A DNA stretch of 63,863 nucleotides, filler included, from Vicugna vicugna (lineage: Eukaryota), in assembly GCA_013265495.1 (NCBI GenBank). It is 75 parts of 74 records of this genome, joined end to end, with 100 filler letters (N's around TTAATTAATTAA, not from the genome) between each part and the next. Parts side by side here need not be neighbours in the genome. Positions count along the whole stretch, not along the records: positions 63,001 to 63,569 come from PNXW01017942.1; positions 63,670 to 63,863 come from MU061204.1; 73 more parts are not named here. One strand, given 5' to 3'. The translations under genes were made by a program, and so were the position numbers. Under the pieces are notes generated by a model, which saw only the letters and a list, made by a program, of their open reading frames with translations, was not told the DNA's origin and did not search any database. Of the stretch, positions 63,001 to 63,863 are shown piece by piece (within the stretch, counting starts at the first letter, position 1; each line of letters begins with the position of its first letter).

Positions 63001-63569
63001 CCTCTCTCCCTGCCTGTCTACCTGGGAGTGCTGCCTAGGGTATCTTTGTGTGCCTGTGTACCTAGGAGAGCAGCCTAGTGTGTCTTTGTGTGCCTCTCTC
63101 CCTGCCTATCTAACTGGGAGTACAGCCTAGAGTGTCTCTGTGTGCCTGTCTACTTGGGAGTGCAGCCTAGAGTGTCTCTGTGTGCCTCTATCCCTGCCTG
63201 TCTACCTGGGAGTGAGTGCAGCCTAGAGTGTCTCTCTGTGCCTCTCTCCCTGCCTGTCTACCTGGGAGTGCTGACTTCCGTGTCTCTGTGTGCCGGTCTA
63301 CCTGGGAGTGCAGCCGAGAGTGTCTCTGTGTGACTGTCTACCTGGGAGTGCCGCCCACACTGTCTCTGTGCCTGTGTACCTGGGAGTGCAGCCTAGAGTG
63401 TCTCTGTGTGCCTGTCTACCTGGGAGTGCTGCCTATCTGTCTCTGTTTGCCTTTCTACCTGGGAGATCAGCCTAGAGAGTCTCTGTGTGCCTCTCTCTAT
63501 GCTTGTCTACCTGCGAGTGCATCGTACAGTGTCTCTGTGTGCCTGTCTACCTGAGAGTGCAGCATAGAG
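63001..63569 (+). repeat. 40-bp minisatellite with an optional 12-bp insert
   Basis: Unit cctgtctacctgggagtgcagcctagagtgtctctgtgtg, with or without cctctctccctg; ~13 copies. Confidence 0.93.
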
Positions 63570-63669
63570 NNNNNNNNNNNNNNNNNNNNNNNNNNNNNNN
63601 NNNNNNNNNNNNNTTAATTAATTAANNNNNNNNNNNNNNNNNNNNNNNNNNNNNNNNNNNNNNNNNNNN

Positions 63670-63863
63670 TGGCTTCATTGCAGCTCAGGTACTGATCCCT
63701 CAAAATGGATGACTTAGTGGAGGGGAGGGATGAGCAAATGCTTGATAGCTAGGCCCAAACCTGGGAAAAGGCTTACCTGGGCTTGGTGCACTTTGATCTG
63801 AATGGCTTGGAATTGCCCCTTGGGTCGTGTGGATTATCTGACCTCTTTCAAGAACATGAGCGT
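63670..63863. repeat. Unidentified multicopy sequence, paralogue of 52306-52452
   Basis: Reverse-complement alignment. Confidence 0.85.

Noticed and set aside
63088..63554. Cys-rich repetitive ORFs resembling keratin-associated proteins
   Set aside because: Translation of a 40-bp minisatellite whose unit is not a multiple of three

Overview
This window is not a contiguous locus. It is a concatenation of about 75 short (0.2-1.8 kb), unrelated mammalian scaffolds joined by an artificial 100-bp spacer (44 N + TTAATTAATTAA + 44 N, 74 copies by my count), so adjacency across spacers means nothing biologically. The source is a placental mammal, probably a camelid. This is inferred from cetartiodactyl-type L1 ends, no recognisable Alu/BovA/PRE-1/CAN SINEs and a ~267-bp satellite. 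About 40% of the fragments are satellite DNA: (A) an AT-rich ~246-bp monomer in a ~737-bp trimeric higher-order repeat; (B) a ~248-bp PstI/MspI-bearing monomer that aligns without gaps to A; (C1) a homogeneous CpG-rich ~265-267-bp monomer; (C2) a diverged ~267-bp family with alternating monomers and a conserved higher-order order; (D) a heptamer-based (TATTCTA)n satellite. There is also a 40-bp minisatellite. The rest is L1, L2, MIR, MER3, MER58A and ERV-like debris, and multicopy duplication fragments. Three broken genes are recognisable: a frameshifted HSFY, a family-5 olfactory receptor pseudogene, and a CR1-type CCP exon with three deletions that the ORF track only partly shows. I found no intact protein-coding gene, RNA gene, CRISPR array or convincing novel multi-gene system. 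The most interesting signals are the satellite architecture and homology, HSFY and the CR1 pseudo-exon.
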